Positions 38,446-47,877 of a stretch of 64,000 nt of DNA are shown here, piece by piece. Positions within the stretch are counted from its first letter, which is position 1, and each line of letters starts with the position of its first letter. The stretch is from an uncultured virus (IMG/VR IMGVR_UViG_3300009128_000013) (taxonomy: Duplodnaviria > Heunggongvirae > Uroviricota > Caudoviricetes). Location: the IMG/VR virus record IMGVR_UViG_3300009128_000013; one strand, written 5' to 3'. Both the position numbers and the translations under genes were made by a program. The notes under the pieces were generated by a model that ran no database searches, was not told the origin of the DNA, and saw nothing but the letters and a program-made list of their open reading frames with translations.

Positions 38446-39060
38446 CTATTCGCTCTCCCATAATATTATATCATTGAATAGTCTATCTATTCTATCACTC
38501 TTAGTGAAATGTCGATTTAAATCACGCTTAGAAATTTCTCTGCCTTCACGCATCATAAATGCACCAGGAGTAGACGGTTCTGAGACAAAATCCCAGCATA
38601 TAAGCTGAAAATCATCTTGAACAACCTGGTAATCGCCATCCGGAGAAGTAGATCCAACCCCCCTTGAAGATATTCCAAGTGTAACTCCGGATTCTACTAA
38701 ACTCTTGAGTATTTTTCCGCTAGGCGTATCAAGTATTTCTACAGTGCCAAAACAAACGTCGCCATCCATATGTGCTTCGCGAATAATGTGTGAAGCATTT
38801 TTCAATTCAACAACGCTACTGTCAGGATGGTCTAGTTCCCCTAATGCTCTGTTCTCAGAAATGAATTTTTGATAATTTCGTATTTCTCTCTCTAAAATTG
38901 ACCTTGGGTATATTCTTCCGTTCTGATTAAGTGTCTCAGATTTTTGAAGAACTCCCTTCATTATAATCTTACCACCATTCTTTTCTTTGGACTCTACAAT
39001 CATGTCTGATGAGTATTCGAATGGGGCCCACTCAGTTAAAAGCTTTAGGTTGTTACTCAT
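38446..39060 (-). CDS. Prohead protease (T4 gp21-like)
   Basis: NQNGRIYP, ALGELDHP, ASH, TPSGKILK, LGISSRGVGS, DFVSEPSTPGA. Confidence 0.95.
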   Translation of the reverse strand: MSNNLKLLTEWAPFEYSSDMIVESKEKNGGKIIMKGVLQKSETLNQNGRIYPRSILEREIRNYQKFISENRALGELDHPDSSVVELKNASHIIREAHMDGDVCFGTVEILDTPSGKILKSLVESGVTLGISSRGVGSTSPDGDYQVVQDDFQLICWDFVSEPSTPGAFMMREGREISKRDLNRHFTKSDRIDRLFNDIILWESE

Positions 39061-39898
39061 CTATCTTCTCCGTTATTTCTTCACACAGCTTAATAGCAAG
39101 CAGAAATTTGCTTATATTTTCATCATTCAAAGTTTCTGGATTTAGCAGTGTTACATTTTCTATCACAGACGGCATTTTATCACGCAGTATTGAATTCTCA
39201 CAACTGCTGTGAAGCTGTGTTAATTCTACAATTAAGTCTTTTTGAATAGTCGCTAGATTTTCTTTAAGCTTTTCGTTTTTAGCCGTACTGTCAAACATGT
39301 AATCTGAGAGCATATATTTTTGCCGACATGATAAGTTTTTGTACTTGTCATCAAACTTCTCTCTCATTAGCTTGACTGTCAATCGATCGATGTCGGGTGT
39401 TATGTGTTCTTCAACTGTATCGGGTGTCTTGTCTTCACGGAGCCATGTATGAACTTTATCTTCATACTCAGCCACTATTCGAATGTTGGGTGATTTTGAT
39501 CGCCACCCATTGAGAACTGTCTGTATTGTTGCATATGTCCTATAATTTTCAACACGTGTTCCGTAAAATTCATCTTTACTAATTTTGAGATTGATATCCT
39601 TTATTAGTAACGATTTTTCTTTTCGTAGTTTTGTTGCATCATGGTCTTTAGCAGCTATCTTTGCCTCTTCGAGTATTCTAGACGCCAAAGAGTCTGAACT
39701 TACTGTCGTCTTTACTAGCGCATTGAATAGACGGAACTCTTTATAGAGTTCACTGCCAGGCTGAAAATGTGTTTTGATCAAACCAATTACATTGTCTGCC
39801 TTGTCAAGATCTCCCTCAACTAAGTAAGAAGAGATTACATTAATTAGCTGCTCATAGACGATTCCAACATTTCTCTTTTTATTGTGAGTATTGCTCAT
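39053..39898 (-). CDS. Hypothetical protein between portal and protease
   Basis: HNKKRNVGIVYEQL, ELYKEFRLFNAL; overlaps both neighbours. Confidence 0.75.
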   Translation of the reverse strand: MSNTHNKKRNVGIVYEQLINVISSYLVEGDLDKADNVIGLIKTHFQPGSELYKEFRLFNALVKTTVSSDSLASRILEEAKIAAKDHDATKLRKEKSLLIKDINLKISKDEFYGTRVENYRTYATIQTVLNGWRSKSPNIRIVAEYEDKVHTWLREDKTPDTVEEHITPDIDRLTVKLMREKFDDKYKNLSCRQKYMLSDYMFDSTAKNEKLKENLATIQKDLIVELTQLHSSCENSILRDKMPSVIENVTLLNPETLNDENISKFLLAIKLCEEITEKIDE

Positions 39899-42800
39899 TC
39901 TTCACTCTCATTGTCATCAGTAACTTCAAATCCTAGATCTTCATCAGCTATAGATGAATCTATGTCTTCATTAAGTATGGACGTCTTGCCAACACTGAAC
40001 ATACCTTCTAGATTCTGTATCACTGACTCCATTTCACGTGTCATTTTATTGCTCTGTTTTATTTTGTTGTCGATGAAATTATCAATCGTCGGACTTTTCG
40101 GAAATATAGACTCCCCAAAGGGATCTTTCATGAAATCATCATCAAACGGTTTATTAAGAGTGTCTTGTCTTCGGCCAGACCTACCAATGGACGTCATCTT
40201 ATGAAAGTCAGGCATATGTGTGGACCCAGGGCCTGACGTGTTTTTTCTAGAGTTTCGAATGGGCTCATTAAAGACATTTCTTATTCTATTCTGAATTTTA
40301 GTGGGTGCATTTAAATCTTCTATAGAAAAAGAAGACAGATCAATCTCATCTACATCTTCGTCATCGTCATCTTTGTCATCTATTTTTGTTGATCTGTTAG
40401 GTCCGGGGGTGGCGACTAATAACGACCCCTGTGCTGTATCGCCTGCAAATAGATCTTCGCCACCTTCTTCGCCACCGGGAGTATCACCAGCAGGGGTGTC
40501 TGCAGATTCTTCAGCTCCTGTAGCTTCAAGCTCTACATCACGAAGCTTGTCATGTACCTTACCCTCTTCTATGAACTCAATTTCTTGTTTTGTCAACTCT
40601 AGAACATTCTTGCGAATCCAATTTCGATCAACTAAACCCTCCGGAGCTGTGCCTGCAATTTCAAATTTAGACCTGATTAGCTCAAGTTTTTGCTGCTGTG
40701 CAATTGACGACGGATTAGAAAGTTTAATTACAAAGTCGACTAGATCTTCACCTTCATATCCATGTGCGTAAAGATGAATCATTGCCAGCTTATTCAACTC
40801 TGAAACAATTGTTTTTTGTATTCGCTGAATTGTTCTAGAAAATCTGATATCTTCTTGAGCTAGCGTAGCTTTAGAATTGTGAACGACAATTGAATTCTCA
40901 ACGACAAAGTTTGACCATCCCTCAACCTGAATATCGAATACAGGGATAGGGGCAGTCAATATCAGCTTTTTCACAGATGCTACTTTGTGATTGAAGGCTC
41001 CAATATTTTCGCTATACCAGGCTGTTGGAGATAGCCCGTGCTTAGTAAGCTGGTTTTCATGAGCAGTTCTGGATACGATATTTCGGTTATGGAATTCTTT
41101 TCTTGTTTTGCAAGTTGCTGCTAATTCTTTTGCTTTTACAATATTATAGTGTCTTAATGCTCTGCCTTTGCGGCTAGCTTTTGTATCATGTATATCGACA
41201 AATTCATTCCATGACCCACACTCAGTCTTGATAATCTCAGCAGTAACAACAGGACCAAACCCAATATCATTGCAGATCATCTCTAGAGTATGATTACCAG
41301 CCTTGACAGAACCAACAATGACAGAAAAATCTGGGCGGGGTTGCTTTAGGCACTCAGATGGATTTAGCTTCCCTAAATTTATCAATTCGCGCAGACGTGA
41401 AGTCATCAAGTCAATTTTGTCATATTTTTTATTATCTGTTGATAGTTTGGCGCGGCGATTACCTTTATCATTATCCCAAGCTTCCTGAACCCCTTTGATA
41501 TGATTTATTTTATAGCTTTCGGATTTCATCACCTCGCGTAATCTGTCTCTGGAGACTTCAGATAATAAATTTTCACCATGCTCAGCATGTAGCTTAATAT
41601 GTGATTTTCTACCCATCAACAACAACGAGTCCGGACTATTATTCTTCTTATCAAATGTTGCATGATGAACTACGTCATAGTCTTCTTTGCCAGCTGAATC
41701 GTGGATAGGTATTTCAGTGTTCTCATTTACCATTCGGTGTGTATAAATCCAGTTCCTAGTATTGTGATCGAAGATCTGTTCATAATCCTTAAGGCTTTTT
41801 TTAGAATCACGAGAATATAGTGCCATCAACGGCATGTCTTCTTTAAGTTCATCTGCTCGAACATACACTCCTCGCTTGAGCAGGAAAGGATGATTAGCGG
41901 TACACTTAATTTTCTTACCATTATCTAGCTCAATCTCATATAGTTCTGTAACGTCTTTTGTTTTCCAAGCATTCGAAATCTTGCCTGGTTTTGGGGTGCC
42001 GTCTAAGTCAAATGAATACACCCAGTTGTTTTTTCCTTGCTCGTATTCATTCACAAGCTCGCTCATTGAAACTTGTCTGCCATCTAGAAGATCAACCATG
42101 ATGTCTCCAGTGAGACAACCGACATCTTCGTCATAACCGAGATATGCTCTCGGTATCTTGAGCGCTGCAAAAAGCTTCTTTTGAATGTATTCTACATCTT
42201 CAATCGCGGCTGTGTTTTGACCGCCGGCGAGAGTATCAATCTTAGTACCAGACTCGCCACCTCGAACCGGAAGGAAATAATCTTCGTCAACCGACTGATA
42301 TGTAATTATTGAACTTTTTTGATTGTCAATATCGTTATAAGAAGCAATTCCAAGGTTGAAATTGCCTTCTACAGTCACATTATAAACTGATTCTTTTGTA
42401 ATAATCTCTCTAATCGCAGTAACTTTGTGGTTTGTGTACTGTTTTTCTTTTTCATGCACTATATTATTAACAAACTTGTGACCCATTATCTTAGGATTGA
42501 ATGCAGTCAAAAATGCATAGTAATTCGCAAATCCTTTTTCTTTAAGCTTGGTTCGTAAATTTCCTCTATGTATAGATTTTTCTGGTGTACGCTTGATATG
42601 TTCATTAATGTGCCTATAATGTGACATAAAAGTTTCATCATGTCGAACAAGATTAGCAAAATTTTCAAAGCTCACTTTTTTGTCTAGCTGTCTAGCTATG
42701 TCACCTAAAAGTTGTACACATACATCATCAAAATTATAGCACATTGCTTTTGAACGCTTTTCTTTATTGCTCGCCCAAGACTTAAGCTGTGCTTCTTTTC

Positions 42801-45549
42801 GAGCCTTATTGTGAGATTTATGAAGTTCAGATCCGTTATACCATGACATTGCTTCAATAGAATTTCTTTCAATATTCCACTTAGTCTGCTTCTTTCTTTT
42901 TTCATCTGATTTGTTGTATCTAACCAGATGCTTTCTACCTATTTCTGCATGTAATCTTGAATGTTCATCTCGCTCCATTAACACCAAATTATCTGATGAG
43001 TTATCATGCTTATTGAAATTTGCATGATGAACAACATGATCCTTGACACGCAAAAATGCATCATTGAGTGCTATATCGTACTTACTAGCAGCAACGACAC
43101 GATGTGTGTACACAAATTTATCTTGCTTTGGAACATATACTTGCTCATACTTTGCATTCTTTTTATTTGGTGAAATATCTTGATAACGTCTGTAGAGCGG
43201 CATCAACGAATCACCAAGCTTCAGATCTTTTGCCTTTATTGGATTACCATCTCGTAGCATCAACTTGTGATCAGGCGTTACCCTGTACAAACCACCATCG
43301 TCAAGCTCTACTTCTATTAACTTTTCTACTTCTCCAGTTTTTCCTGCCCAGATTATTTTTCCAGGAACAATTGTGCCTCCGTCTTTGAGATTGACAGAAT
43401 ATACTTCTTGATCTCTTTTATCGTCATTCCACTCAGCAACCAAATCTTTTATTTTTATTGTGCGTCCATCTAAGAGAGGAACTTTATTATCGCCATATAT
43501 ACAAAGCGGATTGTATCTCAGGTCAACTTTTCCAGTATCTTTATCAACAATCTGATTCCGCTTGAGGCTAGTTTTTGCTTGCTCAAGATAATTTCCAACA
43601 TCTTCAGGCGGAACATTACCCACATCAATATAAAATACTCGTCGCTCAGGAGCACGAATGACTCGATACACTAACATCGCATCTTCGATCAAAATTAATT
43701 GCCGCCAAATTCTGCGAGACGATTCTAAAACAGATGATCCGTAAGGAAGAAAAGCGTCATTACCAAGAAGTCTAAAGTGAGATACTTGCCAGTTTTCTAA
43801 TACTTGATTGCCCTGAGTAATCCAGCGAAAACGGACAGCTGCAGGATCATCCTTATCAAAGCCTTCTTCTCTTTCAATTTCTGATATTGCTATTGGGAAT
43901 GCATTTATGACACCATACTCTGGTGAAATATCGTTGAATAAAAAGAAGTCTCCGTACTTTACAAGATTTCTTACCCACATTACAAGATTGAAGTCGACGT
44001 TTAGTGTATCATGAAATAATCCCTCGAGAATCTCTTGAATCTTTCGATTGTCTGAGTGGATGTGTAATACTTCTCCGCTAGCAGATGGTGATACGCACTC
44101 TTCTGCATATATGTCTAGTGCAGAAGCAATCTCAGGCGTTGATTCCATTTCTGAAAAATCTCCGTAGCGAGAATTATGTACAATTATTGTGTCTGTAGCA
44201 AAATTTTCATACCCATCGACTGTTATGTCTCCGGTCTCTAGTGATACCCAAGGCTCTACAGAGATTACTTTGTGATTTTGATAGCTAAGATGTACATGTT
44301 CAACTATTTCTTTCCAGCTGTTTAGATCAAATAGATCACTTGCTCTTCTTTTTACTGTGCTGGGTGATACTCCCATTTCTATGGCAACATCTTTTCTTTT
44401 TGTATGTCTAAGGATAGCGTCTATCAAATCATCTTTTTCAATATTGACAAATGCATGATTTGCTTTTCCAGATCTAGCATCTTTCCAAGCTTGTGGTCGG
44501 GTTTTCCCAGACCAGTAATTGCTAAAGTTCTTTGTAACTTTAAGCTTCCCTTCTTTGTGTAATCTAGATGTTTGCTTAGAAGCAAACTCTTTCCAGTGAG
44601 GGTTAGAATATCTTTTGATAGCTTTTTCAGATATTTTCTTTGCTACACTTGGGTTTTTAGATTGGTTATTTTCAGTAGCATGCTGTCGCCTCTTTTCAAT
44701 AATGTCAGAACGCTTATTGAATGAGACTAAGTTCTTTCTTCTTGTTCCATCATCATTCGCCCACTTTTCTTTTTGAAGTCTTGAAAGATGTTCTCTCATC
44801 TTTGGCGATTTCATATGCGTTGCTAATTTAGCATGCATAGACAAATGATCATGAGCATTCATTATCACTAAATTTTCAGGTGTATTGTTAGAAGGATTAA
44901 AGTCTTTATGGTGAACGTGCTCTGATTTTCTTTCGACACTTCTCTCCTCTTTCCACTCTGCAATTAATCTATGCTCAGATGTCCATCCGTTCCACCCATG
45001 CTTCTCCATTGTGTAGATATTATAATATCCACTTTCACCGCCTGAAAAATCTTTGCGATAAAATGGCATCATTGAATCATTTTTATTAAGTTTGGCAGCT
45101 TCTACAAAAGATCCATCTCTCATCATACAAGGATGATCATGTGTGCAAATCAAATTTGATCCATCGTCAAATGTTATTTTTACAGTTTTTCTAATGCCCG
45201 AGGATCTTGGGTGATGTGCCCATGCTGGAACAATTTGCTGTATTTCGTGATCATATGCATAAACAATAAACTTTTCTCCATCCGCATACTGATCGATTAA
45301 GCTTCCAAGACTTACATACTTCTCTATGCCTGGAACAGCAATCATAGTATTCAGATCTAGACACATTCTGTCAAATTGACCGTAGCTTGACAGTGTACTA
45401 TTGTAGACATCGCTGTGTGATTGCTTAAATATTTCAAGCGCAGTTGATGTAGACGAAGGTTCATAGTTTTTCACCTTCTTCTTGATTACCGGGCCGGATC
45501 TAAATAATTTAGTTAATCTAACGAATAAATTCGCGGGTTTCTTTGACAT
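39895..45549 (-). CDS. Portal protein (T4 gp20-like) with three inteins; mature protein about 670 aa
   Basis: MESTPEIASALDIYAEE, LIEDAMLVYRVIRAPERRVFYIDVGN, EDYFLPVRGG, IEDVEYIQKKLFAALKIP, EDIRFSRTIQRIQ. Confidence 0.95.
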   Translation of the reverse strand: MSKKPANLFVRLTKLFRSGPVIKKKVKNYEPSSTSTALEIFKQSHSDVYNSTLSSYGQFDRMCLDLNTMIAVPGIEKYVSLGSLIDQYADGEKFIVYAYDHEIQQIVPAWAHHPRSSGIRKTVKITFDDGSNLICTHDHPCMMRDGSFVEAAKLNKNDSMMPFYRKDFSGGESGYYNIYTMEKHGWNGWTSEHRLIAEWKEERSVERKSEHVHHKDFNPSNNTPENLVIMNAHDHLSMHAKLATHMKSPKMREHLSRLQKEKWANDDGTRRKNLVSFNKRSDIIEKRRQHATENNQSKNPSVAKKISEKAIKRYSNPHWKEFASKQTSRLHKEGKLKVTKNFSNYWSGKTRPQAWKDARSGKANHAFVNIEKDDLIDAILRHTKRKDVAIEMGVSPSTVKRRASDLFDLNSWKEIVEHVHLSYQNHKVISVEPWVSLETGDITVDGYENFATDTIIVHNSRYGDFSEMESTPEIASALDIYAEECVSPSASGEVLHIHSDNRKIQEILEGLFHDTLNVDFNLVMWVRNLVKYGDFFLFNDISPEYGVINAFPIAISEIEREEGFDKDDPAAVRFRWITQGNQVLENWQVSHFRLLGNDAFLPYGSSVLESSRRIWRQLILIEDAMLVYRVIRAPERRVFYIDVGNVPPEDVGNYLEQAKTSLKRNQIVDKDTGKVDLRYNPLCIYGDNKVPLLDGRTIKIKDLVAEWNDDKRDQEVYSVNLKDGGTIVPGKIIWAGKTGEVEKLIEVELDDGGLYRVTPDHKLMLRDGNPIKAKDLKLGDSLMPLYRRYQDISPNKKNAKYEQVYVPKQDKFVYTHRVVAASKYDIALNDAFLRVKDHVVHHANFNKHDNSSDNLVLMERDEHSRLHAEIGRKHLVRYNKSDEKRKKQTKWNIERNSIEAMSWYNGSELHKSHNKARKEAQLKSWASNKEKRSKAMCYNFDDVCVQLLGDIARQLDKKVSFENFANLVRHDETFMSHYRHINEHIKRTPEKSIHRGNLRTKLKEKGFANYYAFLTAFNPKIMGHKFVNNIVHEKEKQYTNHKVTAIREIITKESVYNVTVEGNFNLGIASYNDIDNQKSSIITYQSVDEDYFLPVRGGESGTKIDTLAGGQNTAAIEDVEYIQKKLFAALKIPRAYLGYDEDVGCLTGDIMVDLLDGRQVSMSELVNEYEQGKNNWVYSFDLDGTPKPGKISNAWKTKDVTELYEIELDNGKKIKCTANHPFLLKRGVYVRADELKEDMPLMALYSRDSKKSLKDYEQIFDHNTRNWIYTHRMVNENTEIPIHDSAGKEDYDVVHHATFDKKNNSPDSLLLMGRKSHIKLHAEHGENLLSEVSRDRLREVMKSESYKINHIKGVQEAWDNDKGNRRAKLSTDNKKYDKIDLMTSRLRELINLGKLNPSECLKQPRPDFSVIVGSVKAGNHTLEMICNDIGFGPVVTAEIIKTECGSWNEFVDIHDTKASRKGRALRHYNIVKAKELAATCKTRKEFHNRNIVSRTAHENQLTKHGLSPTAWYSENIGAFNHKVASVKKLILTAPIPVFDIQVEGWSNFVVENSIVVHNSKATLAQEDIRFSRTIQRIQKTIVSELNKLAMIHLYAHGYEGEDLVDFVIKLSNPSSIAQQQKLELIRSKFEIAGTAPEGLVDRNWIRKNVLELTKQEIEFIEEGKVHDKLRDVELEATGAEESADTPAGDTPGGEEGGEDLFAGDTAQGSLLVATPGPNRSTKIDDKDDDDEDVDEIDLSSFSIEDLNAPTKIQNRIRNVFNEPIRNSRKNTSGPGSTHMPDFHKMTSIGRSGRRQDTLNKPFDDDFMKDPFGESIFPKSPTIDNFIDNKIKQSNKMTREMESVIQNLEGMFSVGKTSILNEDIDSSIADEDLGFEVTDDNESEE
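40876..42117 (-). mobile_element. Portal intein 3 (414 aa) with HNH endonuclease
   Basis: G|CLTGD...TANHPF...VVHHATFDKKNN...VVHN|S. Confidence 0.93.
42295..43503 (-). mobile_element. Portal intein 2 (403 aa) with HNH endonuclease, ends in Tyr-Gln
   Basis: L|CIYGD...TPDHKL...VVHHANFNKHDN...VYNVTVEGNFN...ITYQ|S. Confidence 0.9.
44173..45363 (-). mobile_element. Portal intein 1 (397 aa) with HNH endonuclease
   Basis: M|CLDLNT...THDHP...HVHHKDFNPSNN...IVHN|S. Confidence 0.93.
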
Positions 45550-45613
45550 CTGCCACCTATAACAGTCACTTTTTCTATAAGTAGGATTCTAATCGTATAT
45601 TATGCACCATAAA

Positions 45614-47209
45614 CTACTTAAGTAACCACGACATGTCTCCATATGGGGTAATGCTTCCTGACTCTGGCATAGTCTGAACGGAAAATGTCTTGAATGGGTT
45701 ATAATTTTTTCCGGCCCATGGGTTAACTATTGTGTCTTTACTATTCGAATTTACCCCAAAGCCTTCAAGCATTGCTTTATTTAGGTCATAAGAATGACGA
45801 CTATGTACTGGGGAAGTATCAAAAAGCCACAACCCAATTGCTAATGACATTATTAGGTCATCGTTCTTCCCTTTTTGTGCTTGAGCCTTATGACCCTTCC
45901 ATATGAATGTTTTAGCTTCTTCATAAAGTCTCGAAGAGTATGACTTGATTTCTTTGTTTCTTATGACCTGCTCAAGCTTAGTCAGTATTTGATTTCTAGA
46001 TTTGCCCGATGTTGTAAAGCCTATCTTGTGAATCTCAACTTCACCAGTTCCATAAAGAGCTGCAAATTTATCCTTTTCATTCTTATAATAGAGATTGGGA
46101 TAATCTAGCTCACATAATTTCATGATCACAGCGTAACCATACGTATTATTTTCCGGGCATAAGACCGCGGTGTTATATCTTTTACCTGCCTCTGCCAAAA
46201 GTATTGCAAATTGATCTGGCGGGATTTTGCACTTGAACTCAGCAACAATTTCTGATTCCCCTGTGTCTATTACATGAAATGTGCTATAGTCACCAGAGTC
46301 GCCCCGAGAAACATCAGCTGAAATTATGTATTGATGATCACTGAGGCTGTATTTCCATACCCAGACTGACATGTTTGGTCCCCACCTCTCAATTGGTGGT
46401 CGTATCGATGATCCAAGCCACTCAATATCATCATTGTTGAGTACTGTGTCACCTGAAGCTGCAAAGTCGCACAACAACTCTTGTGCTACTTGCTTTTTAG
46501 TCAAGTTTTTAGATTCATTCTTGAACCACTCAACATCATGGTCTGGGTGGATATCCCATGGAAGCTTAATTGGGTTGAACTCATTCTCTCCTGACTCTGC
46601 TTTTATCCAAAGATCATGATACTGTCCACCCACTCCGTTCGGTGTTGAGAGAATAACAGCGCGGCCACCGGTAGTTAGTGTGGGATATAATCCTGTAAAT
46701 AACTCATCAAAATTCCTAATAAAAGCAGCTTCATCTACAATTAGAAGCGACAATGCTTCAGAACGACCTGCATCATCAGATGTTGGAACTGCTTTAATCT
46801 GTGAACCGTTGCTAAATTCAATTGTCTGCTTGTTGTTTGATACAATTTCCGGGACTAAAAGCCACTTGGGCATGCTTCTAATTGCGACCTTTACTTTCTT
46901 AATAAAATTCTGTGCAACTGCAAGCTTAGTTGCTATAATCAGAATAGACTTATCTCTATAAAAGCACCCAAGCCAAACAGCATATGCTGCAGATATTGTT
47001 GATATACCCAACTGTCTAGACTTTAAGATTATGTTGAATCTATGCTCATTAAAGTCGTTAATACATTCATCTTGAAATGGATAAGTGTCAAATTGAATTA
47101 AGCCCCGGGTTGGGTGCTGTATTTTCAGGTATCGGTTTATAAAATAAACAGGGTCTTTGCCGCACTTGACTATTTCTTTAATTTGCCTTTGCTTAGTCGT
47201 TGGGGCCAT
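45614..47209 (-). CDS. terL: Terminase large subunit (gp17-like)
   Basis: YPFQ, KSRQLGIST (Walker A), LLIVDEAAF, STPNG, ADVSRG..DYS, DDLIMS. Confidence 0.95.
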   Translation of the reverse strand: MAPTTKQRQIKEIVKCGKDPVYFINRYLKIQHPTRGLIQFDTYPFQDECINDFNEHRFNIILKSRQLGISTISAAYAVWLGCFYRDKSILIIATKLAVAQNFIKKVKVAIRSMPKWLLVPEIVSNNKQTIEFSNGSQIKAVPTSDDAGRSEALSLLIVDEAAFIRNFDELFTGLYPTLTTGGRAVILSTPNGVGGQYHDLWIKAESGENEFNPIKLPWDIHPDHDVEWFKNESKNLTKKQVAQELLCDFAASGDTVLNNDDIEWLGSSIRPPIERWGPNMSVWVWKYSLSDHQYIISADVSRGDSGDYSTFHVIDTGESEIVAEFKCKIPPDQFAILLAEAGKRYNTAVLCPENNTYGYAVIMKLCELDYPNLYYKNEKDKFAALYGTGEVEIHKIGFTTSGKSRNQILTKLEQVIRNKEIKSYSSRLYEEAKTFIWKGHKAQAQKGKNDDLIMSLAIGLWLFDTSPVHSRHSYDLNKAMLEGFGVNSNSKDTIVNPWAGKNYNPFKTFSVQTMPESGSITPYGDMSWLLK

Positions 47210-47586
47210 TACATCTGTATTTGAAATATATGATTTCGTTTATAATATGCTATCTTGCGAGGTGAATTTGATGAACCACTAATTAATTCAATGTTGTCAT
47301 TATTACCCTGCTCTTTGAGCTTGAGAGTCTCGCCGGTTCTTTCTTTAAAATATGACTTAAGTTCAGCTAGCTTAGTTGTCAGTAATTGAACTGCCTCATG
47401 GGCAATATTATCAACCTGCATGTGCAGTCCTCTCTCTTCAGCAAAGTGTACGATTGAAGTAAACTTAAGTACTAACTTCTCTCCGTGCTGTGAGTATGTT
47501 ATTGACTGCTTACCTGTTGGACTACTTTCTCGACCAAAAGTTGTATTAAGCGCTTCACCAATTGCTCGGACATGTATTTCTTTCAT
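47209..47586 (-). CDS. Hypothetical protein
   Basis: AGGAG SD; its stop overlaps the terL start. Confidence 0.7.
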   Translation of the reverse strand: MKEIHVRAIGEALNTTFGRESSPTGKQSITYSQHGEKLVLKFTSIVHFAEERGLHMQVDNIAHEAVQLLTTKLAELKSYFKERTGETLKLKEQGNNDNIELISGSSNSPRKIAYYKRNHIFQIQM

Positions 47587-47598
47587 TACGCTGTGCTC

Positions 47599-47877
47599 CT
47601 ATTGCTTCAATAAATATGATGGTCGAGCTAACTCATACTTTCTTATATTTGTCATTTCTTCTTTTCCGGGGCGCCAGCCCTTATTATATTTTATCTTGTT
47701 GGGTTCAATTAACTCAACTTTGCATGTATTACACACCTTATAAGACTCATATGACGTTATGTCTTTCATGTCTCTCATTGACAAATTACATAATGGGCAG
47801 TCAGTAGGTACTAAATCTTCTGGTTCTTTTCCGATTATCCAAAATCCGTTCTCATAGTATTTTTTTTCGTTATTCAT
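47599..47877 (-). CDS. Small Zn-finger protein
   Basis: CPLC...CNTC. Confidence 0.6.
   Translation of the reverse strand: MNNEKKYYENGFWIIGKEPEDLVPTDCPLCNLSMRDMKDITSYESYKVCNTCKVELIEPNKIKYNKGWRPGKEEMTNIRKYELARPSYLLKQ

Noticed and set aside
45614..47209. Intein or intron in the large terminase
   Set aside because: 531 aa with continuous ATPase and nuclease motifs; no insertion seen.
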